A stretch of DNA of 38,853 nt from Candidatus Colicola coprequi (GTDB lineage: Bacteria > Bacteroidota > Bacteroidia > Bacteroidales > Paludibacteraceae). The position numbers and the translations under genes were made by a program. The stretch covers positions 1 to 38,853 of the forward strand of contig JAGHSR010000070.1 in NCBI GenBank assembly GCA_018065765.1, in the 5' to 3' direction. The notes beneath the pieces are model-generated. The model searched no databases and was not told the DNA's origin. It saw only the letters and a program-made list of their open reading frames with translations. Of the stretch, positions 9,224 to 19,622 are shown one piece after another (position 1 is the stretch's first letter; every line of letters starts with the position of its first letter).

Positions 9224-9789
9224 GACTCGTTTTTGCATCCAATAACGCCCACAAGTTGCAGGAAGTGAGACAAATACTCCCTGCAACTTGTGAAGTGCTG
9301 AGTTTGCGCGATATAGGATGCACAGACGAAATAGAGGAGACAGGCGAGACGTTGGAAGAGAACTCGCTCATCAAGGCACAGTACATTTACGACAAGTATG
9401 GCGTAGATTGCTTTGCCGATGATACAGGGTTGGAGATAGAAGCCTTGAACGGCAAACCCGGTGTTCGTACCGCCCGCTGGGCAGGTGAAGATGCCAATGC
9501 AGTCAATAATCGACAAAAAGCCCTGCGCGAGTTGGAAGGAATCACTCATCGCGATGCACAATTTCGCACAGTAGTGACGTTAATTCGCGGAGGCAAAGTG
9601 CAGCAAGTGGAAGGTGTGGTACGTGGACGAATAGCCACCGAGCAAAGAGGAGAAGGCGGATTTGGATACGACCCAATTTTTATTCCGGAAGGGTATGAAC
9701 TTACGTTCGCCGAACTACCTCCGGAGGTGAAGAACACTATCAGTCATCGCGCACGTGCCATGGCTGAACTGAACAAAATTATCCGGTAG
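9220..9789 (+). CDS. rdgB: Non-canonical purine NTP pyrophosphatase (RdgB/HAM1 family)
   Basis: Motifs are [27 protein letters not shown] and FGYDPIF. The start overlaps the aspA stop as ATGA. Confidence 0.9.
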   Translation: MRLVFASNNAHKLQEVRQILPATCEVLSLRDIGCTDEIEETGETLEENSLIKAQYIYDKYGVDCFADDTGLEIEALNGKPGVRTARWAGEDANAVNNRQKALRELEGITHRDAQFRTVVTLIRGGKVQQVEGVVRGRIATEQRGEGGFGYDPIFIPEGYELTFAELPPEVKNTISHRARAMAELNKIIR

Positions 9790-9790
9790 T

Positions 9791-12175
9791 ATGAAGAGAA
9801 TAGGCGCACTCATAGTAGCAGCCGTATTGGTCGGTTATGTGTGGGGAAAAAAGCCAATGGTGGACAAGTCCAACCTCAACTATGGCTTAATGAAGACATG
9901 GCAATCGCACATCGCCTATGGACGTGTGTCGCATATAGTCAACACCCCAAACCTGCTCTACGGACTGGCTGATGGGTCGATATTCGCAGTTAACAAACAG
10001 GATGGAGAACTATCATACTACTCCAAACTGGATGGATTGAACGGTTCGTATATAGACCAAATCATCTATGACCCTCATTCTCGACAACTGCTTATCTACT
10101 ACAAGGATGGCTTGATTGATTTGATGAGCGACCAAGGTGATATCATTCCTATCGCTGACCTATCGCTCAAACAACTATCCACAGAAAAAACCGCTCACAG
10201 TGTACTGCTAAACAATGGCTTAGTCTATGTGGCTACAGACTTTGGTGTGCTAGTCGTCAATATCGACAAACACGAAATAGCCGACACCTATATTATGGGT
10301 AACAACGGCAAGGAAGTGGCTATTGAGCAGGTAGCACTCAGTGGGGATAGCATATACGCCCTGTCAAGCCATTATCTGTATAGTGCAAATCGCAAAGCGA
10401 ACTTGGCAGACTACTCCAACTGGCAGTGTACCCTATTGCCGTTTGGAACAGATTCACTCAGTAATATCATTTATACAGACGACGCTTTGTATGTTCGTCG
10501 AGCAGGTAGTCTCTATACTCGAACAGCGTCCGGTCAGTGGCATCAAGTCAGCAGTCCTTATCCGCTCACCGGACTTTGTGCTGATGGCAAACAGTTGTAT
10601 GCGCTGTATGAACACGGTTTTGGTTCACTTGCGGCAGATGGCACCATTGACTACACAACTACCCACTGCGAAGTGAACGAAGTGATACATAGCGGCAACT
10701 CGTTCTGGTTGGCAGCAGGCGGAAAAGGAATCATTCGTCAGTCAGGCGAAGGGCAAGATATTTATCATCCGGAAGGACCTGCCGTCAATATCCCCTACCG
10801 AATGCACATAGCCAATCGTAAACTTTATGTCGTTCCCGGTGGGCGCTGGGCGGAAGAAATGCACCGTCCGGCTTATGTCATGATTTATGACGGCAAGGCA
10901 TGGACCAATATCACCGCTGCAGAATTGGAAAGTGTAACACAGTACGCAGCCCAAGATTTTATGAACGTGGCTGTAGATCCCCTGAATCCGGAACACTATT
11001 TTGTAACAGCGTACGGAATGGGGTTATATGAGTTTTACGGGACACAACTTCGTAAGCACTACAATCACAAGAATAGTGCTCTCGTGAGCGCAGCTCCCGG
11101 TCCAAATGAGATGTTTTATGTTCGTACGGATGGTGCCGTATTTGATGATAACGGCAATCTGTATTTGATTAACACCAGCCCCTTGGCTAATAACTTACAT
11201 GTAATCACGCCGGAAGATGTTGTTCGCGCCCATGAACGCGATTCGTCGGGTTGGTTCACCACCAATTTTGTGTCCAATGGAGAACGCGCCGTGACCAACA
11301 CACCCGGTGAAATCATAATCGACAATCGCAACCCCAACATCAAATGGATACCATCGTTGCGCGAAAGGACGGGGCTGATTTGCTTTGATGACAATGGTAC
11401 ACCCACCCGAAGTTCGGATGACAAAAGTATGTTCCGTAACGAATGGGTGGACCAAAATGGCAACGTGATCAAACCTACTTACATCTATGCAGTAGCACAG
11501 GACCTGAACGGTGCACTATGGGTGGCAATGGAGGTAGGCGTCTTTCGTATCCCCGCCACAGTGGATTTTTTCAAATCCAATGCTTGCGAACGTATCATCA
11601 TTCCCCGTAATGATGGAACCAATTTAGCCGATTACTTATTAGGAACAGAGAAAATCAACGCCATAGCCGTAGATGGTATGAATCGTGTGTGGTTTGGTAC
11701 AAATTCGGGTCTGTATCTTATGCAGGACGGCACTATAGGCGGTTCTGAAACAATGATTACCGCAGAGCACTTCACAACGGAAAACTCACCCCTGCCGTCC
11801 AACGAAATCATTTCGCTGGCGATAGAACCTCACTCGGGTATGGTGTATATAGGCACCGGAGAAGGTCTTATGTCCTACCAAAGCGATGCAGCAGATGGCG
11901 AAGAAACTTTTTCATCGGCTTATGCCTATCCCAATCCCGTACGTCCGGATTATGTAGGACTAATCACAATAGCGGGATTGATGGAGAACACGGCAGTCAC
12001 AATTGTGGATGGTGGCGGTAATGTGGTGTGTAAAACCAATAGCAATGGGGGTATTGCCACTTGGGATGGCAAAAACGGCCATGGACAGCGCGTCGCCAGT
12101 GGCATCTATTCCGCATTATGCAACACCAATGATGGCGCTCATCATACCGTCGTCAAGATACTGATTATCAACTAA
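9791..12175 (+). CDS. Beta-propeller protein with a T9SS C-terminal sorting domain; PorZ-like
   Basis: The 794-aa product has a signal peptide (MKRIGALIVAAVLVGYVWG) and long repetitive propeller-like blades. Its C-terminus (AYAYPNPVRPDY...GIYSALCNTNDGAHHTVVKILIIN) resembles a T9SS CTD. Size and architecture match P. gingivalis PorZ as I recall it. Confidence 0.55.
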   Translation: MKRIGALIVAAVLVGYVWGKKPMVDKSNLNYGLMKTWQSHIAYGRVSHIVNTPNLLYGLADGSIFAVNKQDGELSYYSKLDGLNGSYIDQIIYDPHSRQLLIYYKDGLIDLMSDQGDIIPIADLSLKQLSTEKTAHSVLLNNGLVYVATDFGVLVVNIDKHEIADTYIMGNNGKEVAIEQVALSGDSIYALSSHYLYSANRKANLADYSNWQCTLLPFGTDSLSNIIYTDDALYVRRAGSLYTRTASGQWHQVSSPYPLTGLCADGKQLYALYEHGFGSLAADGTIDYTTTHCEVNEVIHSGNSFWLAAGGKGIIRQSGEGQDIYHPEGPAVNIPYRMHIANRKLYVVPGGRWAEEMHRPAYVMIYDGKAWTNITAAELESVTQYAAQDFMNVAVDPLNPEHYFVTAYGMGLYEFYGTQLRKHYNHKNSALVSAAPGPNEMFYVRTDGAVFDDNGNLYLINTSPLANNLHVITPEDVVRAHERDSSGWFTTNFVSNGERAVTNTPGEIIIDNRNPNIKWIPSLRERTGLICFDDNGTPTRSSDDKSMFRNEWVDQNGNVIKPTYIYAVAQDLNGALWVAMEVGVFRIPATVDFFKSNACERIIIPRNDGTNLADYLLGTEKINAIAVDGMNRVWFGTNSGLYLMQDGTIGGSETMITAEHFTTENSPLPSNEIISLAIEPHSGMVYIGTGEGLMSYQSDAADGEETFSSAYAYPNPVRPDYVGLITIAGLMENTAVTIVDGGGNVVCKTNSNGGIATWDGKNGHGQRVASGIYSALCNTNDGAHHTVVKILIIN

Positions 12176-12229
12176 TCAAACTTCAGTTGTCCGTTTTCAG
12201 TCGTTAGACTTCAATTCTCAGAAAGTACG

Positions 12230-12814
12230 TTAACTGCGAATGAGACGAAGAAACTCGTCACGTGTTTCTTTGCGATTGAACGCTCCGGTAAAGTCCGAAG
12301 TGGTAGTAATGCTATGTTGTTTTTGTACACCTCGCATTTGCATGCACAAGTGTTCGGCTTCGATAACGACCATTACGCCAAGAGGGTTGAGAGTTTGTTG
12401 TATGCACTCCTTAATCTCCGTGGTCATACGTTCCTGCACCTGCAAACGATGGGCAAAGACATCCACAATACGCGCAATCTTACTTAGGCCGGTGATTTTG
12501 CCATTGGGGATGTATGCCACATGGGCTTTGCCAAAAAATGGCAACAGATGGTGCTCACACAACGAATAAAAATCTATATCTTTGACCACTACCATTTGTC
12601 GATAGTCCTCCTCAAACAAGGCTGAACGAAGGATTGTCTCGGGGTCTTCGCTATAGCCTTTGGTCAGAAACTGAAACGCCTCACCTACTCGCTCCGGGGT
12701 ACGCTGCAGCCCTTCACGGTCGGGATTCTCACCAATCTCTTGCAACACAGAGCGCATGTGCTCCGCTATCTGATGAGTGGTCTGGTTGTTGGGATGAAAC
12801 TCTTGTAAATTCAT
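12230..12814 (-). CDS. folE: GTP cyclohydrolase I
   Basis: Motifs are CEHHLLPF and [10 protein letters not shown]. The start is trimmed to MNLQEF at 12814 so that it does not run into the upstream SPOR gene, whose stop is at 12834. Confidence 0.9.
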   Translation of the reverse strand: MNLQEFHPNNQTTHQIAEHMRSVLQEIGENPDREGLQRTPERVGEAFQFLTKGYSEDPETILRSALFEEDYRQMVVVKDIDFYSLCEHHLLPFFGKAHVAYIPNGKITGLSKIARIVDVFAHRLQVQERMTTEIKECIQQTLNPLGVMVVIEAEHLCMQMRGVQKQHSITTTSDFTGAFNRKETRDEFLRLIRS

Positions 12815-12833
12815 TTCACTTGTAAGGTATCTT

Positions 12834-13331
12834 CTATTTTTTGATTTGTACGTGTTCATCGCGCACCACATAGGTAGTGGCCTGCAAATCAGGATAGGAC
12901 TCGATGAAAAGTTGTTTGTATTGTTGCGCCTCCTCCATCGTACGGAAGTCGCCTACGCGCACCTTCCAAAATGGTGGCGTGTAGAGAACATAAATACCGA
13001 CGCTGAGTTGACCATTGAGTTGCTGCTGAATAGCCAACGCACCGGCCTTAGCATCAGACTGATTGTTGGATGAATAAATCTGAACGCGCCAACCTGAAAT
13101 CTCGGTCTGCCCACGCTCTATACCGGTAATCTTTTCCTGCATCAAAAGGGTAATCATAGAGTCCTGATAGACGCGAGCAGGAGACATGTCTTGCAAGATG
13201 GCAGGGTATGGCAACTCAACCGGCAAATTGGTGGTGTCGGTAGCAAGGGTGTCAGCAGGTGTTGGAGCAGGTGTTTGTGCCCAAACGGACATGCCGAGCA
13301 AGCATAAAATAATAGTACTGATGTGTTTCAT
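12834..13331 (-). CDS. SPOR domain-containing protein
   Basis: The start is trimmed to [19 protein letters not shown], a signal peptide. The C-terminus (WRVQIYSS...[12 protein letters not shown]...[15 protein letters not shown]) follows the SPOR pattern. Confidence 0.75.
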   Translation of the reverse strand: MKHISTIILCLLGMSVWAQTPAPTPADTLATDTTNLPVELPYPAILQDMSPARVYQDSMITLLMQEKITGIERGQTEISGWRVQIYSSNNQSDAKAGALAIQQQLNGQLSVGIYVLYTPPFWKVRVGDFRTMEEAQQYKQLFIESYPDLQATTYVVRDEHVQIKK

Positions 13332-13332
13332 A

Positions 13333-15006
13333 TTAGTAACGGAACGAACTACCTCCCACAAACTCACGCAAGAACGATGTAGGCGGTATCTCTTTCTCCG
13401 GAATAGATTCAAAATAACTTAACTCTTTGAGCAAACGATGTGCGTCGGTATATTCGTCGCAGTACTTAGGAACCTCTGCCAACATAGGTTCTACATGTCG
13501 TTTGAGAACCGCTAACTCGAACAACAATGCCGAGTTAAACATGACATCTGCTTCCTCTTGGAACGGATAGATCCATCGTTCCTCGCCTCGTCTGACACTG
13601 GCACCACGGGCTATGGTTTCCAGCGCCGAATAGCCACGATAGCGGTAGTCACGCACTATACGGCGTATGAGACGAACATCTGTTGTGGGAATCCAGTTAT
13701 GGTTGTCTAAATTAACGGAGGTGATAGCTGAGACATATATCTTGAACAAAGCCTCGCGGGGGATATTAGGCAGCAGTTCGGGGTTGAGAGCGTGCAAGCC
13801 CTCTATGATACACACCTCACCGGGGTTGAGTTGCAAGGTATTGCCTCTGTATTCACGTTTTCCGGTTTCAAAATTGTATGTAGGCAGACTGATTTCCTTA
13901 CCGTCAAGCAGTTCGCTGAGATGTTGTCTAAAGAGAGGCAAATCCAATGCGTGCAGATGCTCGAAATCCCAATCGCCGTTCTCATCCTTGGGTGTATCTT
14001 CGCGATTGACGAAGTAGTTGTCCATCGAAATGACCACGGGTTGCACACCGTTGACCATCAGTTGGATGCGCAGACGCATAGAGAACGTAGTCTTACCGGA
14101 CGATGACGGACCGGAAATCATGATGAAAGTGGGTCTGTTCTCACGGGAAGAAATCATATCGGCAATCTGTGCCACTTTCTTCTCGTGAAGCGCCTCACTG
14201 AGTTTAATCATTTCAAACGATTTTTGTTTCTTGCAAGCCTTGTTGAACTCGCCCACATTGGCAATTCGGAGTAATTTATTCCACCGAATAAACTCGTTGA
14301 AAATCTCAAACATCTTGTCCTGTTGGCAAAAATCTTCCAACGCGGTCGGATTTTTGCGACTTGGCACACGCAAAATCATATCCTTGTACAGCGGTTGCAA
14401 ATCAAACACATTGATATATCCCGCCGATGGCATCAGTGCCCCGATGTAGTAGTCGTTGTACTCTCCCATTTTATTGTAACGGCAATAGGGGTTGCCAAGC
14501 GTTTCAAACAGAGTGTTTTCAGCATCATGCCGTTGGCGGAAAATCTGCATTACCTCCTTGATTTGCTTTTCCTCTGTCGAAATAGGGCGATTCTCATTGA
14601 TGATTTGCTGCATTCGGTTCTTGATAGCTGCTATCATCTGCGCATCAATCGATATTTTTTCACCTTTTGCATCGCGCAATGTACAGAAATACCCATTGGA
14701 GATAGGGTGCTCAATGCGCACGTCGGCATCGGGATACAACTCGCTCACGGCACATCCCATCACCATCGAAAGTGTGCGAACATAACAACGCATACCTGCC
14801 GAACTCGTAACATCCAAAAATTCGATATCCTTGGGTTTGTACACAAGGAAATTAAGGTTTTGCACCTTATAATTCACCCGAGCGGCAACAACGGGATAGG
14901 GCAAACTAAGCCCAATTTGGTTATACAACTCAAGCAAAGAAGTACCACGCGGAATATCGTAATATTCCTTGGTGTTTTTACAGAAAACGGTGACGGATGG
15001 AAGCAT
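13333..15006 (-). CDS. Nucleoside (uridine-type) kinase with an N-terminal TGS-like domain
   Basis: The 557-aa product has the P-loop ISGPSSSGKTT, followed by a phosphoribulokinase/uridine kinase-like region (DNYF...DFEHLHALD). Confidence 0.65.
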   Translation of the reverse strand: MLPSVTVFCKNTKEYYDIPRGTSLLELYNQIGLSLPYPVVAARVNYKVQNLNFLVYKPKDIEFLDVTSSAGMRCYVRTLSMVMGCAVSELYPDADVRIEHPISNGYFCTLRDAKGEKISIDAQMIAAIKNRMQQIINENRPISTEEKQIKEVMQIFRQRHDAENTLFETLGNPYCRYNKMGEYNDYYIGALMPSAGYINVFDLQPLYKDMILRVPSRKNPTALEDFCQQDKMFEIFNEFIRWNKLLRIANVGEFNKACKKQKSFEMIKLSEALHEKKVAQIADMISSRENRPTFIMISGPSSSGKTTFSMRLRIQLMVNGVQPVVISMDNYFVNREDTPKDENGDWDFEHLHALDLPLFRQHLSELLDGKEISLPTYNFETGKREYRGNTLQLNPGEVCIIEGLHALNPELLPNIPREALFKIYVSAITSVNLDNHNWIPTTDVRLIRRIVRDYRYRGYSALETIARGASVRRGEERWIYPFQEEADVMFNSALLFELAVLKRHVEPMLAEVPKYCDEYTDAHRLLKELSYFESIPEKEIPPTSFLREFVGGSSFRY

Positions 15007-15020
15007 AATATCGCATGTTT

Positions 15021-16451
15021 TTATTTTTTCTTAATCAAGCATAGCATTCCCACAAAGGTGAGGAGCGCATTCAGTATCAAGCGTTCGTGTGAGAAGTGAT
15101 ACCCTCCGAACCAAGCTGCTGAATTGACATCCAATATCCATGTCAGTATAGGAGCCGCAATGGCCACCAACGGAATCCACTTATCGCGCACCTGTACTTT
15201 GGTGATGATACCGAAGCAGAACATACCCAATAGCGGTCCATAAGTGTAACTTGCCACTTTGTACACAGTTTGGATGACGGAATCATCGTTGAGATAGTAG
15301 ATTACGTAGATGCAAACAGCCATTAGAACAGCCATACCTATATGAACGCGCGTACGCGCACGCGTCGTGGTGTCGTCCTGTTGCTTATGATTGAGTATAT
15401 CCACTGTAAACGAAGTGGTTAGGGCTGTCAACGCTCCGCCGGCTGCTGAATATGCCGCAGCTATAAAACCTACAACAAACAATATACCAACAATGGTTGG
15501 GAAATAATTTCCCGTAGCCAAAAAGGCAAATACATCATCTCCCTTCAGTGAAGAAATATCCACGCCACTCTGTGCTGCATAGGTATAGAGCACATATCCC
15601 AGTAGCAGGAACAAACCTATCACCACCACTTGCAGCAAAGCACCGGTAATCATGTTCTTCTGACTATCCTTGTAGTTTTTGCAACTCAAGGTACGCTGCA
15701 TCAAATCCTGATCCAGTCCCGTAGTGGCAATAACTAAGAAAATACCTGCGAGAAATTGCTTCCAGAAATATTTGCCATCGTTGGCATCGTCAAAGAAAAA
15801 CATTTGTGACATGTCAGACTGTTGAAAACCATGGAGCGTCACACCGCTTTTCATGATATAGTAAATACACAATCCCACCGAAAGAATCAAACAGGTTGTT
15901 TTTAACAAATCCGTCCAGATGATAGACTTGACTCCTCCCTTGAAGGTACACAGATATACGATGAGAACAGTGAAGATTGCATTCACTACAAACGGTACAC
16001 CTAGAGGACCAAACACCAGCAACTGTAGCACACTCCCCACTACGAATAAGCGGACACTGGCACCCAACATCTTACTTACGAAAAAGAGCCAAGCACCGGT
16101 CTTGTAACTGCTCACGCCAAAACGTTGGTTGAGGTATTCATAAATACTCGTCAGGTTGTATTTATAGAAGAGCGGAATCAGCACATAGGCTATAATGAAC
16201 TGTCCCACAGTAAAACCCAACACCATCTGCATATAACTGAATGCGCTGGTAGCCACCATACCCGGAACACTGACAAAGGTCACACCCGAGATGGCTGCAC
16301 CGATGGTGGACATGGCTATCAATAGCCAATTGCTGGACTTATTGCCTGAGAAAAAACCAGCATTATCGGCTTTGCGACCGGCAATGTAACTAACCGTGAA
16401 CAGCAGGACAAAGTATGCCGCCATCGTAATCAAAATAGCTAATGGACTCAT
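15021..16451 (-). CDS. Sodium:solute symporter family transporter
   Basis: The roughly 476-aa polytopic membrane protein has SSF-like helices. The start is trimmed to MSPLAILI at 16451, because a -7 box lies at 16470-16477. Confidence 0.7.
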   Translation of the reverse strand: MSPLAILITMAAYFVLLFTVSYIAGRKADNAGFFSGNKSSNWLLIAMSTIGAAISGVTFVSVPGMVATSAFSYMQMVLGFTVGQFIIAYVLIPLFYKYNLTSIYEYLNQRFGVSSYKTGAWLFFVSKMLGASVRLFVVGSVLQLLVFGPLGVPFVVNAIFTVLIVYLCTFKGGVKSIIWTDLLKTTCLILSVGLCIYYIMKSGVTLHGFQQSDMSQMFFFDDANDGKYFWKQFLAGIFLVIATTGLDQDLMQRTLSCKNYKDSQKNMITGALLQVVVIGLFLLLGYVLYTYAAQSGVDISSLKGDDVFAFLATGNYFPTIVGILFVVGFIAAAYSAAGGALTALTTSFTVDILNHKQQDDTTTRARTRVHIGMAVLMAVCIYVIYYLNDDSVIQTVYKVASYTYGPLLGMFCFGIITKVQVRDKWIPLVAIAAPILTWILDVNSAAWFGGYHFSHERLILNALLTFVGMLCLIKKK

Positions 16452-16469
16452 TTTTCGTAAATTTTCTTG

Positions 16470-16477
16470 CAAAGGTA
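16470..16477 (-). promoter_or_regulatory. -7 box TACCTTTG (minus strand) for the symporter gene
   Basis: caaaggta at 16470-16477 lies 19 nt upstream of the ATG at 16451. Confidence 0.55.
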
Positions 16478-16489
16478 CGATTTTTTTTT

Positions 16490-16497
16490 TAACTTTG
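16490..16497 (+). promoter_or_regulatory. -7 box TAACTTTG for the GH20 gene
   Basis: The sequence matches TAnnTTTG and lies 17 nt upstream of the ATG at 16515. A T10 run separates it from the divergent -7 box. Confidence 0.5.
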
Positions 16498-16514
16498 CAA
16501 AAAATTTCATAATT

Positions 16515-18637
16515 ATGAAGAAATCCTTACTCTTTTTGCTGGTTTTGTTCGGTATTTCTTGTAGTCAAAATAGCCCTGTCGTTCTCGAATGGCAATTCAT
16601 AGCCAATGATGTGGAACCCGGTGTGTGTGAAGCACAACTCACCATGACCAATGTTAGCCACAAGACCCTCAAAGGTGATTGGAAAATGTACTTTGGTTTT
16701 ATGTCCCTTCACCCCATCTACAATCAGGGCGACCAACTAAAGGAAACAGAGATACAAGCCTCATATCATAGTCTCGAACCAACGGAAACGTTTGTTCCGC
16801 TCAAGGCAGGTGAGTCACGCAGTTTTGTACTTCGTTACCGCGGCAGTGCCATTCGTGAGAATATCCATCCCGAGGGCGTGTTCATAGTCCGTGGCGAAAA
16901 ACCCGATAAGAAAGGTGTGGCAGTCAGTGTGCCTTTGACCACCGTTCCCTATACCAACCGCCTACAAATGCAACGGCAGATAGACCATTGGGAGAAAACG
17001 CCTTATGCCGACGGTGAATATGTATATTCATACATTGAGAACATTCTCTCTACCCCCAAAACCGACAAGCGTCTTCTACCTCTGCTACCTCAGCCTAAAA
17101 TAGTGATCTGGGGCGAGGGGTACGCTCATGTAGATAGTGCACAAGTGGTAGTGCTGAACACACAACTACCGGAAGAAGGTTACCGACTGCGCATCACGCA
17201 TGATACCATCTACATCAGCACCAACGATGATGCAGCGGGTATCTATTACGCTAAGCAAACATTGGCTGCCATCACAAATGATGGTCAAGCACCATGTGTG
17301 ACCATTATCGACTGGCCTGACCTGCATCATCGCGGTATTATGTTGGATATCGTGCGTAATTATTACCCTGCCGATTCATTAAGCGCGTTTTGGATGTGAT
17401 GGCGACACAAAAACTCAATGTATTACACCTGCATATCAGTGACGATGAAGGATGGCGTTTGGAGATTCCCGGACTGCCTGAACTGACAGAACAAGGCGCT
17501 CGACGCGGCTATTCGTTGGACGAAACAGAATGTTTATGGCCTATGTATGTGGGCGGATGGGACTATACCAATCCCAACTCCACCAATAACGGATATGTGA
17601 CTCGTGAAGAATATATCGCTCTGATACAATATGCAGCTGAGCGGCAGATACGTATTATACCTGAAGTAGATATGCCCGGACACATGCGCGGTTGCAAAAA
17701 AGCCATGCATGGTCTGCTCACAGATAGCGTGTTAGAAGCCCGCAAATACAACTCGGCACAAAACTACAATGACAACGTCATAGCGGTCAGTAATCCGTAT
17801 GCCTTAGAGTTCATTGACAAGGTCATCACCGAGATTGTAGCCATGTACCGTGAATCCGGTTATCCGCTCAGTATCTTCAATATAGGTGGTGACGAAGTAC
17901 CCAAGGGGGCGCTTACTAAGGAGGAACATCAGGCTTACATAGATGGTGTGCTGGCTATCTTGGCTCGTGAGCAGTTGCAACCTATGGGATGGGAAGAAAT
18001 AGATCACTTCTGCGCACCCGAGACAAAGGCTATTTGTTACTCGTGGCACAATACGTATGAGAAATCACTCGAAATGGCTGACAAGGGTTATCCGGTCGTT
18101 TTGGCAAATGCCAACCGTCTGTATTTTGATTTTGCGTATTGTAAACATCATCAGGAGAAAGGCTTGGATTGGGGCGGATTTACCGATGAATACCGCAGTT
18201 TTGATTGGGAACCGCTCATTCACGACAATATTATCGGAATGAACGCTCAACTATGGTCGGAAGTCATTCGCGACTTTTCACAAGTGGAGTGGCAAATCTA
18301 TCCTAAGATTTACGGTTTGGCAGAGCGTTCGTGGAACAACCGTTCTGCTCTGACTCTGAGCGAATACAATACTCTCGTCTATGAGGTGGCTTTGCCTCGT
18401 CTGCATGCCCGGAGGCATAATTTCCACTTGCAGCAACCGGGAATTCATGTCGCCGATGGCATAGTGACTATCAACAAGGTGATGCAAGGCGGCACCATCT
18501 CCTACACCACCGATGGAACGACCTGGCAAACCTATCAAGGCGCCTTTGCTATTGATACAACCGAAGTAGAAACAATTATGGCCAAGATTGATTATCTTGA
18601 CCATGAATCCAACACCACATGGTGGTGGAAAGATTGA
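16515..18637 (+). pseudogene. GH20 beta-N-acetylhexosaminidase (lipoprotein), interrupted by a 1-nt frameshift near 17377
   Basis: ORFs 16467-17399 and 17390-18637 join into a single GH20 protein. The junction reads ...DWPDLHHRGIMLDIVRNYYPADS | IKRVLDVMATQKLNVLHLHISDDEGWRLEI. The catalytic GGDE (FNIGGDEV) lies downstream. The N-terminal lipoprotein signal is MKKSLLFLLVLFGISC. Confidence 0.8.
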
Positions 18638-18646
18638 TACTGCTAA

Positions 18647-19606
18647 CTAAGCAAAATCGATGATATGGTGAATAGAGATGATACCGATGATGGTTTCGGT
18701 GTCATCTCTTTCTGTAACGGCTAACGTGGTGATGTTGTATTTATCCATCACAGCGAGAGCATCACTCAGCAGGGCATCTTGACTGATTTTCTTGAACGAA
18801 GGAGTCATTATCTGCTGCGCAGTGATATGCAAATCATCGTATTTTTGTATAGCACGTCTGAGATCACCATCGGTGATAATACCCAAGCACTTGCCACCAT
18901 CCACCTTATCATAGACCATCGTCATCCCCAAATGCTTATCCGACATCTCGCAGACCAGATCTCTAAATGGAGTGTTCAGTTCTACACGCGGTACAGCCGC
19001 AGTCATGCTATTCCTGACGCGGCGCAATAGTTTACGTCCCAAAGCTCCACCGGGGTGATAGACGGCAAAATTCTCAGCGCGGAAGTGGCGTTTCTCCATC
19101 AAACATACCATCAGCGCATCACTCATGAGTAGCGTAGCTGTGGTACTTGTGGTAGGTGCCAATCCCAACGGACAAGCCTCTTTATCCACATGCACATTGA
19201 GAACGTAGTCACAATTCTTGGCGAGTTGACTAGTTACATCACCCGTCATAGCTACCAGTGTACATCCTAAATTACGGAGAGGAGCTATCACATTCAGTAT
19301 CTCATTGGTTGAACCGCTATTGCTAACCAACATTACCACATCCTTGCCACTTATCATTCCCAAATCGCCATGAACAGCTTCGGCTGCATTGACGAAAATG
19401 GCAGGCGTACCGGTACTCGCCATTGATGAAGCCATCTTATGACCAATGATACCCGTTTTGCCGATACCCATCACTACCAACTTACCGGTGCAGTTGTATA
19501 TCAACTCAACTACCGCATCAAACTGCTCACCAATCAATTGGCTCAGCTTCTCAAACTCAGTTATCTCTTCGGTGAAGATTTCTTTGGCACGTTCTGAATA
19601 CTTCAT
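18647..19606 (-). CDS. kdsD: Arabinose-5-phosphate isomerase (KpsF/GutQ family; SIS domain plus CBS pair)
   Basis: The SIS motif is GIGKTGIIGHKMASSMASTGTPA, followed by a C-terminal CBS pair. It sits next to kdsA. Confidence 0.85.
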   Translation of the reverse strand: MKYSERAKEIFTEEITEFEKLSQLIGEQFDAVVELIYNCTGKLVVMGIGKTGIIGHKMASSMASTGTPAIFVNAAEAVHGDLGMISGKDVVMLVSNSGSTNEILNVIAPLRNLGCTLVAMTGDVTSQLAKNCDYVLNVHVDKEACPLGLAPTTSTTATLLMSDALMVCLMEKRHFRAENFAVYHPGGALGRKLLRRVRNSMTAAVPRVELNTPFRDLVCEMSDKHLGMTMVYDKVDGGKCLGIITDGDLRRAIQKYDDLHITAQQIMTPSFKKISQDALLSDALAVMDKYNITTLAVTERDDTETIIGIISIHHIIDFA

Positions 19607-19622
19607 GCTACTTAATCCTCTC

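Noticed and set aside
14323-15099. A 258-aa ORF antisense to the nucleoside kinase gene. Similar cases are 36089-36733 (antisense to the phosphatase), 8705-9286 (antisense to aspA) and 869-1222.
   Set aside because: For the three I checked (14323-15099, 36089-36733, 8705-9286) the ORF lies in the codon-aligned antisense frame of a confidently identified gene. I did not check the frame of 869-1222. None has a promoter box, a motif or a plausible start context.
17357-17399. Programmed -1 ribosomal frameshifting in the GH20 gene.
   Set aside because: The 40-nt window where both frames are open contains no X-XXY-YYZ slippery heptamer, and I saw no obvious downstream stimulatory structure. A plain 1-nt deletion or an assembly error is the simpler explanation.
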